Shown here: positions 48,500-58,459 of the stretch, in pieces
Layout of the letters: every line of letters starts with the position of its first letter
Position numbering within the stretch: the first letter of the stretch is position 1
NCBI GenBank assembly: GCA_046290465.1
Contig: JBKAGP010000001.1
Coordinates: 3,392,001 to 3,456,000, forward strand
Direction: 5' to 3'
DNA: 64,000 nucleotides
Source of the DNA: Planctomycetota bacterium
GTDB taxonomy: Bacteria > Planctomycetota > UBA1135 > UBA2386
The notes under the pieces: model-generated
Told to the model about the DNA's origin: nothing
The model's input: the letters and a program-made list of their open reading frames with translations, nothing else
Databases searched by the model: none
Position numbers and translations under genes: made by a program

Positions 48500-50617
48500 C
48501 TACTCGCGGATTCCTACCTGCGAGAGCATCCAGGCGACCTCGAACGCGCGGTCGCGCCAGCGGTCGTAGCGGCCCGAGGCGCCGCCGTGGCCGGCGGCCT
48601 CGAGCTTGGTCTTGAGCAGCAGGTCGTGGTCGTCGGTCTTCAGGGTTCGCAGCCTGGCGACGTACTTGGCGGGTTCCCAGTACATGACCTGGGAGTCGTT
48701 GAAGCTGGTCGTCACCAGCGTCGCCGGGTAGGCCTTGGCCTCGAGGTTGTCGTAGGGGCTGTAGGACATCATGTAGTCGAACGCCCGCTTCTCGTTGGGG
48801 TCGCCCCACTCGAGGTATTCGCCGACCGTCAGCGGCAGCGACGCGTCCATCATCGTGCTCATCACGTCGACGAACGGCACCGCGCTGTGGATCGCACGGA
48901 ACAGGTCCGGGCGCAGGTTGGCGACCGCCCCCATCAGCAGGCCGCCGGCGCTGCCGCCCTCGGCCAGCAGCCGGTCCTTGCCGGTCCAGCCACCCGCGAT
49001 CAGCCCCTCGGCGGCATCGATGAAGTCGTGGAAGGTGTTCTTCTTCTTCATCAGCATGCCGTCCTTGCGCCACGGCTCACCGAGCGTGCGGCTGCCGCGG
49101 ATGTGCGCGATCGCAAACACCACGCCGCGATCGAGCATGCTGATCCGGTCGCTGTTGAAGCCCGCCGGGATCGACACCCCGTACGAACCGTAGCCATACA
49201 GCCACAGCGGCGCCGAGCCGTCCTGCGGCGTGCCCTTGCGGTAGACCAGCGACACCGGGATCGGCTTGCCGTCGCGCGCCGCCGGGTAGACCCGCGTGGT
49301 CTCGTACTGCGACGGGTCGTAGCCCTTGACCTCGCGCTGCTTCTTCAGCTCGCGCTCGAACGTGCGCAGGTCGTAGTCGTAGACGCACGGCGGCGTGACC
49401 ATCGACTGGTACTCGATGCGGTAGTCGGTCGACGTCCACTCCGGCGTGCCACCGGCGCTCGCGGCATACACCGTCTCGGGGAAGTCGATCTCGCGCCACG
49501 TGTCGCTGGCGAAGTCGAGGATGCGGAAGCGGGTCAGGCCGCTCTGCTTCTCCTGCACGACCGCGTGCTCGGCGAACACCTCGAAGCGCTCGACCAGCAC
49601 GTCCTCGCGGTGCGGCACGACCTCGACCCAGTTGGCCGGGCTCGGATCGTCGACCGGCGCCCGCACGACGCGGAAGTTGAGCGCGTCCTTGTCGGTGCGC
49701 AGGTACCAGAAGCCGTCGCGATGGACCGGCGCGTAGCGGTGCTGCTTCTCGCGCGGCAGCAGCACCGAGAACGCCCCTTCCGGCCGGCGCGCGTCGAGCA
49801 CGCGATATTCGTAGGTGTCGGTGCTGTAGCACTCGATCAGCAGGTAGCGACGGTCCTTGGTGCGGCCGACCCCGATGTAGTAGAGCTCGTCCGGCTCTTC
49901 GAACATCAGCTCCGGCTCGCCGCCGAGCCGCATCCGCCAGACCTTGTTGGAACGCTTGGTGACCGGGTCCTCGGTGACGAAGAACAGCGTCTGGCCGTCG
50001 GCGGCCCACTCGACCGACGTCACGCGCTCGGCGAGATTGCGTCGCTCGTCCCCGGTGCGCAGATCCTTGACGTGCAGGTTGTATTGACGGAACCCGGTGA
50101 CGTCGGTCGTGTAGGCGTAGAGCTGCTCGTCGTCGCTGACGACGACGTCGCCGATGCCGAGGTAGTCGAGCCCCTTGGCCATCTCGTTCTGGTCGAGCAG
50201 CACCTGCTCGTCGGCCGCCTCGTTCCAGCTGCCGTCGGCGCCGGCCGCCTTGCGACAACGGATCGGGTACTGCAGCCCCTCGACCGTGCGCGCGTAGTAG
50301 TAGAAGCCCCCCATGCGCACCGGCACGCTGAGGTCGGTCTGCTGCACGCGCGCGACCATCTCCTCGTAGAGCCGCTCCTGCAGCGGCTGCAGGTGCGCGG
50401 TGCGAGCCGCGGTGTAGGCGTTCTCGGCCTCGAGGTAGGCGCGCACCTCGGGCGCCTCCTTGTCGCGCAGCCAGTAGTAGTCGTCGACGAAGACCTCGCC
50501 GTGCCAGTGGTTCTCGTGGCGGACGCGCTTGGCGACGGGAGGGACGTTGGGATCGTTGGCCATCGGAAGGGAGCAGGACGCTGCCAGCAGGAGGCCAAGG
50601 CTCTGCAGTCTCGGCAT
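48500..50617 (-). CDS. ptrB: oligopeptidase B (S9A)
   Basis: DDYYWLRD, YGYGSYG, GGSAGG, VPFVDV, YSPYDN, DSQV.YWEPAK, GHGGASGR. Confidence 0.93.
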   Translation of the reverse strand: MPRLQSLGLLLAASCSLPMANDPNVPPVAKRVRHENHWHGEVFVDDYYWLRDKEAPEVRAYLEAENAYTAARTAHLQPLQERLYEEMVARVQQTDLSVPVRMGGFYYYARTVEGLQYPIRCRKAAGADGSWNEAADEQVLLDQNEMAKGLDYLGIGDVVVSDDEQLYAYTTDVTGFRQYNLHVKDLRTGDERRNLAERVTSVEWAADGQTLFFVTEDPVTKRSNKVWRMRLGGEPELMFEEPDELYYIGVGRTKDRRYLLIECYSTDTYEYRVLDARRPEGAFSVLLPREKQHRYAPVHRDGFWYLRTDKDALNFRVVRAPVDDPSPANWVEVVPHREDVLVERFEVFAEHAVVQEKQSGLTRFRILDFASDTWREIDFPETVYAASAGGTPEWTSTDYRIEYQSMVTPPCVYDYDLRTFERELKKQREVKGYDPSQYETTRVYPAARDGKPIPVSLVYRKGTPQDGSAPLWLYGYGSYGVSIPAGFNSDRISMLDRGVVFAIAHIRGSRTLGEPWRKDGMLMKKKNTFHDFIDAAEGLIAGGWTGKDRLLAEGGSAGGLLMGAVANLRPDLFRAIHSAVPFVDVMSTMMDASLPLTVGEYLEWGDPNEKRAFDYMMSYSPYDNLEAKAYPATLVTTSFNDSQVMYWEPAKYVARLRTLKTDDHDLLLKTKLEAAGHGGASGRYDRWRDRAFEVAWMLSQVGIRE

Positions 50618-50648
50618 GCACGCAATGTGGAGCGCGACGCCGCCGCGA

Positions 50649-51260
50649 TCAATCCGGCAGTTCGGTGACCGGGTGATCGACCGGGCTCGGTAGCGCGCGC
50701 GCGCGACCACCGGCGGCCTCGCCGTCGAGCAACGCAGCCACGCCGTCGTACGGATCGACGACCGGCGCCTCGTGCCTGGGCAGGCCGCCGGTGTCCGCAG
50801 TCGGGCCGTAGGTGCTGTGCAGGTCGCGACCGAGCATGCGCAGCAGCGTCGTCTGCTGGCCGCGGTGGTGCGCGGTATGCGCGATGCGTCGGGTCATGAT
50901 CCAGTTGCGCGGTCGGCGCAATTCGAAGAACGGCGCGTCCGCCTCCCACCACGCATCGTCGCGCTGGCCGAGCTCGGCGTGCCGACGGCCGGCGACGTCG
51001 GCGTAGTGTCGCAAGAACGCGAGCCGCGTCCGCTCGGCCGGCAACACCTCGCCCGGCACCTCGATGCCGAACATGTTGACGAACCAGCCGCTCTCGCTCT
51101 GGCACTGGTGCACCATGTGCTCGCGCAGCGTGCGCCCGCGCCGGTCGCCGTCGCGCGGGCGCACGTCGAGGTCCTCGTCGGAGACCATCGACCACACCGA
51201 GACCACCTTGAGGATCTCGGTCTCGTAGGTGTCGACCAGAAACGCATAGCGGCTCGTCAT
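50649..51260 (-). CDS. DinB family protein
   Basis: EHMVHQCQSE and HTAHHRGQ His motifs. Confidence 0.88.
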   Translation of the reverse strand: MTSRYAFLVDTYETEILKVVSVWSMVSDEDLDVRPRDGDRRGRTLREHMVHQCQSESGWFVNMFGIEVPGEVLPAERTRLAFLRHYADVAGRRHAELGQRDDAWWEADAPFFELRRPRNWIMTRRIAHTAHHRGQQTTLLRMLGRDLHSTYGPTADTGGLPRHEAPVVDPYDGVAALLDGEAAGGRARALPSPVDHPVTELPD

Positions 51261-51283
51261 GCCGCCATGCTACGACGATCGCG

Positions 51284-52321
51284 CTACGGGATCCGGTCGT
51301 AGATCACGTCGTCGACCGCCAGCTGCAGCAGGCCGTACTCCGGCGACAACCAGAACGTCAGCCGCCGTTCGCCGGAGCCGAGGTCGGTGCGGTTGTAGGC
51401 GACGTTGATCGTCAGCCGGCCGATGTCGGTCAGCAGTTCGCCCTGGTAGACCTGCGGCAGCGAGTACTGGAAGTAGCCGAGCGGCATGATCGACCCGCCG
51501 GTGAACTGCTGGTTGATCGGCGCCGAGACCTGCGCCGGCTGCACCGTCATGTTGGCGAGCGCGACCGACGGATCGCCAAACGGGTCGTATGGCTCCGACC
51601 AGCTCTCGAGCCAGACCATCGGCTCGCTGCGACGGCCGACGATCGTGTTGCCCGCGACGATCAGACGTTCGTCGATGCCGGGGCCGGTGATGGTCCACTG
51701 TTCGGCGCCGAGGCTGACGTACGGCGACGGCGTGATCTCGGGCTCGATCCGGAACTCGAAGCCGCCGGTCAGCTGCGTGACCGAGCCGAACGCCGGCAGG
51801 TAGTCGCGACGGTTCTCGGGGCTCGGCGCGGCGACGACCTGGAAGCGGCCGAGCGTCTTGACCGAGATCTCGACCCATCCGGCGAGCGCGTCAACCGCCT
51901 CGGGATCGTACTCGCGCGTCGTCCACGGGTTGATCTGGCGCACGTCGACGTTGCCGGCACCGGACAGCAACCCGGTGCCCGGCTGGTAGGGCATGCGCAG
52001 CCGCATCGACTCGGTCGTGATCAGGTCGATCGGCTCGATCCGGAACGGCTGCCCGGCCGCCGGGCCGGGAGCGACGAGCTGCATGCCGTCGGGCAGCGGC
52101 AACAGCTCCTCGAAGACGCGGAAGTCGGTCGGCTGGTCGACTGTGTTCGGTGGGATCTCCAGCACCAGCCCCTGCTGGCTGCCGTTCTCGACCACGACGA
52201 TCCCACCCTCGGGACCGATGCGGGAGAAGGCCAATGCTCCCGTTCCTGACGAACTCGAATCGCTGCAGGCTGCGGCGAGGGCGCACGCAACCAGCGCGAA
52301 CTTGGCAGGGCAGACTCTCAT
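51284..52321 (-). CDS. hypothetical lipoprotein, possible ZU5-like N-domain
   Basis: Lipobox LAAAC; IGPEGG..LEIPP. Confidence 0.75.
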   Translation of the reverse strand: MRVCPAKFALVACALAAACSDSSSSGTGALAFSRIGPEGGIVVVENGSQQGLVLEIPPNTVDQPTDFRVFEELLPLPDGMQLVAPGPAAGQPFRIEPIDLITTESMRLRMPYQPGTGLLSGAGNVDVRQINPWTTREYDPEAVDALAGWVEISVKTLGRFQVVAAPSPENRRDYLPAFGSVTQLTGGFEFRIEPEITPSPYVSLGAEQWTITGPGIDERLIVAGNTIVGRRSEPMVWLESWSEPYDPFGDPSVALANMTVQPAQVSAPINQQFTGGSIMPLGYFQYSLPQVYQGELLTDIGRLTINVAYNRTDLGSGERRLTFWLSPEYGLLQLAVDDVIYDRIP

Positions 52322-52452
52322 ACGGGACAGATAGCATGGACGGCCCGGCCCGTAACGCCAGGGCGTGCACGGGCGGAATTCGATCGAGCCGGACGCGTTG
52401 TGCCCCTTGAACGCTTCTCGGACGGCATCCCCCGTCCTAACCTGCTTCCCCC

Positions 52453-53649
52453 ATGTCTGCTGGCACCCCCGACCCGACCCAGATCCGCGACCTCGGCAGC
52501 AAGGCCGTCGACGGCGGCGCGCTGACGCCCGACGAGGCGCTGACCCTCTACCGCGGCCTCAACCAGCCGTCGCTCGGCCTGCTGGCCAACGACGTGCGCC
52601 TGCGGCTCAACCCGCCCGGCGACGACGGCCAGGTCCGCGTCACCTACATCGTCGACCGCAACCTCAACCCGACCAACGTCTGCGTCACCGACTGCGGCTT
52701 CTGCGCGTTCTACCGGTCCCCGGACGACCCCGAGGCCTACGTGCTGCCGCGCGAGGTCATCTACCAGAAGGTCGACGAGCTGGTCGCGATGGGCGGCCGC
52801 CAGCTGCTGCTGCAGGGCGGCCACCACCCCAAGCTCAAGACCGATTGGTATGCCGAGCTGTTCGGGGACCTCAAGAAGCGCTACCCGCAGGTCTGGATCC
52901 ACGGCATGAGCCCGCCGGAGATCACCCACGTCGCCAAGATGGAGAAGCGTCCGGTGCAGGACGTGCTGAAGGACCTCAAGGCCGCCGGCCTCGACTCGAT
53001 CCCCGGCGGCGGCGCCGAGATCCTGGTCGAGCGCGTGCGCAAGGTCATCGCGCCGAAGAAGGCGACCAGCGAGGAGTGGCTCGAGGTGATGCGGCAGTGG
53101 GGCCGGATGGGCGGCAAGGGGTCGGCGACGATGATGTTCGGCCACTGCGAGACCGACGCCGAGCGCATCGAGCACATGACGCGCATCCGCGAGCTGCAGG
53201 ACGAGACGCAGGTGTTCACGGCGTTCATTCCGTGGACGTTCCAGCCGGAGAACACGCCGATCGGCGACCAGCTGCTCGAGGCCCGCGGCGGCCAGAAGGC
53301 GACGGTCGCCGAATACCTGCGCACGCTGAGCCTGTCGCGCCTCTACCTGCAGAACGTGCCGCACGTGCAGAGTTCGTTCGTCACGCAGGGCATGAAGACC
53401 TGCCAGATCGGGCTGTCGATGGGCGCCGACGACTTCGGCTCGGCGATGCTCGAGGAGAACGTCGTCAGCTCGGCCGGCTGCACCCACCCGACGTCGGTGC
53501 CCGAGATCGAGCGCCACATCAAGGACGCCGGCTACGTGCCGCAGCGTCGCAACATGATGTACGAGCACGTCGAGACGCCGGAGACCGACAAGTTCGGCGT
53601 CGAAAAGGGCAGCAAGAAGAAGAAGGTCGTGTCGCAGGTCGAGGCGTAG
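52453..53649 (+). CDS. mqnC: cyclic dehypoxanthine futalosine synthase (radical SAM)
   Basis: YIVDRNLNPTNVCVTDCGFCAF, LLQGG.HP, PGGGAEIL, FIPWTFQP.NT, MLEENVVS.AG. Confidence 0.88.
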   Translation: MSAGTPDPTQIRDLGSKAVDGGALTPDEALTLYRGLNQPSLGLLANDVRLRLNPPGDDGQVRVTYIVDRNLNPTNVCVTDCGFCAFYRSPDDPEAYVLPREVIYQKVDELVAMGGRQLLLQGGHHPKLKTDWYAELFGDLKKRYPQVWIHGMSPPEITHVAKMEKRPVQDVLKDLKAAGLDSIPGGGAEILVERVRKVIAPKKATSEEWLEVMRQWGRMGGKGSATMMFGHCETDAERIEHMTRIRELQDETQVFTAFIPWTFQPENTPIGDQLLEARGGQKATVAEYLRTLSLSRLYLQNVPHVQSSFVTQGMKTCQIGLSMGADDFGSAMLEENVVSSAGCTHPTSVPEIERHIKDAGYVPQRRNMMYEHVETPETDKFGVEKGSKKKKVVSQVEA

Positions 53650-53680
53650 GCCGCGACCGCCGCGGCCTTAGTCTGCGGGC

Positions 53681-54631
53681 ATGACCGACAAGCTGACCGT
53701 CGCCCTGGCGCAGATCGCGCCCGTGTGGCTCGACCGCGATCGCACGCTCGCCAAGATGCTCGACTGGGCCGGGCGGGCGGCCGACCAGGGCGCGCAGCTG
53801 GTCGCGTTCGGCGAAGCGCTGGTGCCCGGCTACCCGTGGTGGGTCGAGCGGACCGACGGCGCGCGCTTCGACGATCCGCGGCAGAAGCAGTGGTTCGCGC
53901 ACTACGCCGACCAGAGCTGCGAGCCCGACCACCACTTCAAGGAGCTCGCGCGGCTCGCCGAAGACCGCAACCTGTCGATCCTGTTCGGCTGCATGGAGCG
54001 CGCGCTCGACCGCGGCGGCCACTCGCTCTACTGCTCGCTGGTGACGATCCTCGGCAACGGCCTGATCCAGCCGACGCACCGCAAGCTGATGCCGACCTAC
54101 GAAGAGCGGTTGGTCTGGGCCCAGGGCGACGGCCACGGCCTGCGCGTGCACAAGGTGCAGCCGTTCACCGTCGGCGCGCTCAACTGCTGGGAGAACTGGA
54201 TGCCGCTGCCGCGCGCGGCGCTGCACGCGCAGGGCGAGGACCTGCACGTGATGACGTGGCCGGGCAACCGCCACAACACCGAGGAGATCACGCGGTTCGC
54301 CGCGCGCGAGGGCCGCAGCTACGTGCTGTCGGTCGCGAGCCTGATGCGACGCGAGGACGTCGCCGACGGCGCGCCGATGGCCGACGAGCTGCGCGCGGCG
54401 CTGCCCGAAGTGTCCGGCAACGGCGGCTCGTGCATCGCCGCGCCCGACGCCAGCTGGGTCGTCGAGCCGGTCGTCGACCGCGAAGCCCTGATCGTCGCCG
54501 AGCTCGACCACGCGTTCGTGCGCCGCGAACGCCAGAACTTCGACATCTCCGGCCACTACGCCCGCCCCGAGATCCTGCACATCGAACTCGACCACCGGCG
54601 GCACCGCGGGCTGTGGCCGAAGTCCGACTGA
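53681..54631 (+). CDS. nitrilase / carbon-nitrogen hydrolase
   Basis: FGEALVPGYP (Glu), HRKLMPT (Lys), LNCWEN (Cys), GHYARP. Confidence 0.93.
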   Translation: MTDKLTVALAQIAPVWLDRDRTLAKMLDWAGRAADQGAQLVAFGEALVPGYPWWVERTDGARFDDPRQKQWFAHYADQSCEPDHHFKELARLAEDRNLSILFGCMERALDRGGHSLYCSLVTILGNGLIQPTHRKLMPTYEERLVWAQGDGHGLRVHKVQPFTVGALNCWENWMPLPRAALHAQGEDLHVMTWPGNRHNTEEITRFAAREGRSYVLSVASLMRREDVADGAPMADELRAALPEVSGNGGSCIAAPDASWVVEPVVDREALIVAELDHAFVRRERQNFDISGHYARPEILHIELDHRRHRGLWPKSD

Positions 54632-54644
54632 CCGGAGCGCGGCA

Positions 54645-54734
54645 GACGCGCAAACACCGCATACCGAACCGGGTTCATCCTGCGCCACTTGTCGCGCAGG
54701 ACGAACCCGGTTCGGTATGCGGTGTTTGCGCGTC
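54645..54734. repeat. 90-bp intergenic palindromic repeat (fullest copy)
   Basis: gacgcgcaaacaccgcataccgaaccgggttcatcctgcgc ... gcgcaggacgaacccggttcggtatgcggtgtttgcgcgtc. Confidence 0.93.
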
Positions 54735-54786
54735 CGGGCGTTCGCACCGGTGTGGAGTCCTCCGGGGCAGCGGTAGGATGCCGGGC

Positions 54787-56259
54787 ATGCAGCACATCCT
54801 CGCGATCGACCAGGGCACGACCGGCTCGACGGTGCTGGTGCTCGACCGGGAGCTCGCGGTCCGCGGGCGCGGCTACCGGGAGTTCGCGCAGCACTATCCG
54901 CGGCCCGGGTGGGTCGAGCACGAACCGGACGCGATCCTGGCGTCGGTGCGTGCGGCGATCTCGGAGGCGGTCGCGCAGAGCGGCGTCGCGGCGGCGGATC
55001 TGGCGGCGGTCGGCATCACCAACCAGCGTGAGACGGTCGTCGTCTGGGACCGCGCCACCGGCCGACCGGTGCACCGCGCGATCGTCTGGCAGGACCGCCG
55101 CACCAGCGACGTCTGCCAGCACCTGATCGCCGAAGGCCACCAGGACGAGGTACGCGCGGCGACCGGCCTGCCGATCGATCCGTACTTCTCGGCGACCAAG
55201 CTGCAATGGCTGCTCGACCAGGGAGACCTGCGCGCCCGCGCCGAACGTGGCGAACTCGCGTTCGGCACGATTGACTCGTTTTTGGTGCACGCGCTGACCG
55301 GCGGCGCCCGCCACGTCACCGACGTCAGCAACGCGTCCCGCACCCTGCTGTTCGACATCGCCGAGATGGACTGGAGCGACGACCTGCTGACGCGCTTCCG
55401 GGTGCCGCGCAGCGTGCTGCCCGAGGTCGCACCGTGCGCCGGCGAGTTCGGTCGCGTGCGCGGCGTCGACGGCCTGCCGGACGGGCTGCCGATCACCGGC
55501 ATCGCCGGCGACCAGCAGGCCGCGCTGTTCGGGCAGGCGTGCTTCCGACCCGGCGACGCCAAGTGCACCTACGGCACCGGCGCATTCTTGCTGATGAACA
55601 CCGGCGACGTGCCGGTGCCGTCCACGCACGGCCTGGTCACGACGGTCGCGTGGCAGATCCCGGGCGAACGGACCTACGCGCTCGAGGGCTCGGCGTTCGT
55701 CGCCGGCGCCGCGGTCCAGTGGCTGCGCGACGGACTGGGGTTCTTCTCGTCGTCGCGCGAGGTCGAGCAGCTCGCCGCCACAGTCGACGGCTCGGACGGC
55801 GTCGTCGTGGTGCCGGCCTTCACCGGCCTCGGCGCACCGCACTGGCGACCGGACGCGCGCGGCGCGATCACCGGCCTGACCCGCGGCACGACCCGCGCGC
55901 ACATCGCGCGCGCCACCCTGGAGGGCATCGCCCTGCAGAACGTCGACATCCTGCGCGCGATGGAGAAGGACGCCGGCCAGCCGCTCGGCACGCTCAAGGT
56001 CGACGGCGGCGCCGCGGCCAACGACCTGATGATGCAGTTCCAGTGCGACGTGCTCGGCGTGCCGATCCGCCGCCCGCAGCTGCTCGAGACCACCGCGCTC
56101 GGCGCCGCGTTCCTGGCCGGGCTCGGCTGCGGGCTGTGGCCGTCCAAGGACGCGATCACCGCCACCTGGCGGCAGGACCGGGCGTTCGCGCCGTCGATGG
56201 CCAACGAGGACGTCGAGGCCCACCTGGTGCGCTGGGCCGCGGCGGTGCGCGGCTGCTGA
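54787..56259 (+). CDS. glpK: glycerol kinase
   Basis: AIDQGTT, GITNQRET, VWQDRRT, PYFSATK, TDVSNASRT, GDQQAALFGQ, KCTYGTG, VDGG. Confidence 0.96.
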   Translation: MQHILAIDQGTTGSTVLVLDRELAVRGRGYREFAQHYPRPGWVEHEPDAILASVRAAISEAVAQSGVAAADLAAVGITNQRETVVVWDRATGRPVHRAIVWQDRRTSDVCQHLIAEGHQDEVRAATGLPIDPYFSATKLQWLLDQGDLRARAERGELAFGTIDSFLVHALTGGARHVTDVSNASRTLLFDIAEMDWSDDLLTRFRVPRSVLPEVAPCAGEFGRVRGVDGLPDGLPITGIAGDQQAALFGQACFRPGDAKCTYGTGAFLLMNTGDVPVPSTHGLVTTVAWQIPGERTYALEGSAFVAGAAVQWLRDGLGFFSSSREVEQLAATVDGSDGVVVVPAFTGLGAPHWRPDARGAITGLTRGTTRAHIARATLEGIALQNVDILRAMEKDAGQPLGTLKVDGGAAANDLMMQFQCDVLGVPIRRPQLLETTALGAAFLAGLGCGLWPSKDAITATWRQDRAFAPSMANEDVEAHLVRWAAAVRGC

Positions 56260-56293
56260 GCTGCGCGGCGCGCGCCGCTATGCTGTGGCCGAC

Positions 56294-56992
56294 ATGACCC
56301 GCCCCTCGCTGCCCAGCTCCCTGCTGCCCTGCCCCCTGCTGCTCTGCTCCCTGCTCGCGCTGCTTGCCGTCCCTGCCTGTGGACCCGAGAAGAAGTTCCA
56401 GCCGGTCGGCCCCGGCACCATCGAGGACCGGGTCTGGCGCAACGGGGACCTCGGCCTGCAGCTGACGTTTCCCGACGGCTGGTCGATCCAGGACGACGCC
56501 CAGAAGAAGCGGCTGATGGACGCCGGCGCCGAGGTCGTGTCCGGCGACGACGAGCAGCTGTCGGCCGAGATCGCGGCCGGCACCAAGCGCACGATCAACC
56601 TGTTCTCGGTGTTCGAACGGCCGGTCGGCAGCACCCTGACGTTCAACCCGAGCATCATCGGCATCGCCGAGAACCTGCGGCTCGCCCCCGAGGTCCAGAC
56701 GCCGGAGGACTACTTCCGCGAAGCGAAGAAGCTGCTGGCGCGATCGCCGGTCGAGGTCGAGTACCCGCGCGCGCCCGACACGCAGCCGCTCGGCGGCCAA
56801 GAGTTCTCGGTGCTCTACGCGTCGCTGAAGCCCGGGGCCGAAACCGCACAGCAGCGCTACTTCGCGCGCCGCTTCGACGACCACATGGTGCTGGTCATCG
56901 CCTCGCACGCGACCGACGAGCAGAAGGCCGCGATCGACGCGGCGCTGGCGACGCTGACGTTCGTGGCGCCCGAGGGCGAGCAGCCGAAGTAG
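56294..56992 (+). CDS. hypothetical lipoprotein
   Basis: Hydrophobic leader ending VPAC. Confidence 0.75.
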   Translation: MTRPSLPSSLLPCPLLLCSLLALLAVPACGPEKKFQPVGPGTIEDRVWRNGDLGLQLTFPDGWSIQDDAQKKRLMDAGAEVVSGDDEQLSAEIAAGTKRTINLFSVFERPVGSTLTFNPSIIGIAENLRLAPEVQTPEDYFREAKKLLARSPVEVEYPRAPDTQPLGGQEFSVLYASLKPGAETAQQRYFARRFDDHMVLVIASHATDEQKAAIDAALATLTFVAPEGEQPK

Positions 56993-56995
56993 CCG

Positions 56996-57586
56996 CTACA
57001 TCACGCCGAACACGTAGCACATCGTCGCGACCATGCCGCCGACGAAGCCGAGCACGAGGCCGGACCTGCGCCGCTTCTTGAGGTAGAGCAGCAGCCAGAT
57101 CCCGGTGATCGACAGCAGCGTCAACAGCACGGCCGAGACGTCGATCACCAGCGACCACACCGGGCCGCAGTCCCGCCCCTTGTGCAGGTCGTCGAGGATC
57201 GCCATCACCGAACGGCGCGCCTCTTCGACGCGGTAGCTGCCGGCCTGGCGGTCGACGACCACATCCGCCGAGTAGCCGGGGCCCTTGTAGAGCACGAACA
57301 GTTTCTGCTCGTCGACCTCGAACTCGGTCACCATGCCCTTCAGCCGGTGCTCGTGGCGCAGGTGTTCGGCGACCGCGAGCTTGTCGAGCTCCCCGCGCAG
57401 CAGCGGCTGCGGCAGTTCGCCCGCGAGCGAACGCACGGTCGGCTCGCCGCTCTCGAACCAGTCGGCGTGGTTGAGCGTCAGGCCGGTCACCGCGAACAGC
57501 ATCGTGACGCCGAACGCGATCATCGACAGGTAGATGTGCAGCCACCGCACCCACTGCGGCAGCCGGCGACGCGGAGCCTGACTCAT
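56996..57586 (-). CDS. PepSY-associated TM helix domain protein
   Basis: RWLHIYLSM, FAVTGLTLNH, DLHKGRD, ITGIWL. Confidence 0.87.
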   Translation of the reverse strand: MSQAPRRRLPQWVRWLHIYLSMIAFGVTMLFAVTGLTLNHADWFESGEPTVRSLAGELPQPLLRGELDKLAVAEHLRHEHRLKGMVTEFEVDEQKLFVLYKGPGYSADVVVDRQAGSYRVEEARRSVMAILDDLHKGRDCGPVWSLVIDVSAVLLTLLSITGIWLLLYLKKRRRSGLVLGFVGGMVATMCYVFGVM

Positions 57587-57712
57587 GGGCCCGATCGTCC
57601 GCCGACCGGGCCGAAGCGCAACGACGCGGTCTCGACTTCGTCGTTGCCGGGCAGTCAGCACGCGCACCGCCTCGTCGGACAGCACTACGCTGCCGCCGAC
57701 CGTTCCGTCACC

Positions 57713-58318
57713 TCACGGCTGCGGATGGCGGCGCAGCCACCACTCCGCGAACAGCGCGTTGGGCACCCACGCCGACCACGCCACGATCCGGTAGGCAGGC
57801 TCGAAGCCCTGCAGCAGCATCGCCAGCGGCCCGAGCTGGATGCGCAGCGTGATCGCGGCGCAGGTCAGCGCGTAGCTGCGGACCATCCAGCGACGGTGCG
57901 CCGCGACGTCCCTGCCCCCCTGGTTTCGGCTCCCGTGGATCGCGCGCCAGCCAGCGGCCGTCGTGCCGAGCCAGCCGAGCGCCAGCAGCCCGAACCCGAC
58001 GCGCGGCACCGCGCCGCCCATCGCAAAGCACGCCATCGCGGCTCCGCTCAGGCCGCCGAGCAGCACGCTGCCGACGTAGACCTTGCCAAGCGCCCGGTGC
58101 AGGCCGCGGCGCCGCACCAGCACGTCGCGGCGGAAGCCCCAGATCCCGACGATCAGCGCCAGTCCACCGGTGACGAAGTGCAGTTCGTCGAGCCACGGCA
58201 TGCCCGGCACCGCATCCGTGTGCTCGCGCGCGTCGATCATCAGCAGGCCGTAGCTGCCGACCGCGGTCGCCAGCACGGCGAGGATCCACCAGGCGATGCC
58301 AGCGGGACGTGGGCTCAT
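57713..58318 (-). CDS. DUF2306 family membrane protein
   Basis: HRALGKVY, HRRWMVRSYA, LRI, WVPN. Confidence 0.87.
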   Translation of the reverse strand: MSPRPAGIAWWILAVLATAVGSYGLLMIDAREHTDAVPGMPWLDELHFVTGGLALIVGIWGFRRDVLVRRRGLHRALGKVYVGSVLLGGLSGAAMACFAMGGAVPRVGFGLLALGWLGTTAAGWRAIHGSRNQGGRDVAAHRRWMVRSYALTCAAITLRIQLGPLAMLLQGFEPAYRIVAWSAWVPNALFAEWWLRRHPQP

Positions 58319-58459
58319 CGGCGCCGACGCTACCCGGAGGCCGGCCCGGGTCCACCCAGGCGGCAATTCGCCGCGGCCGAACGTCGTTGTGGCTCCACGG
58401 CCGGTTTCGCTTCTCCCCCGCCGGGGCAGGGCGTACCCTCATCCGCCCGAAAATCGACG

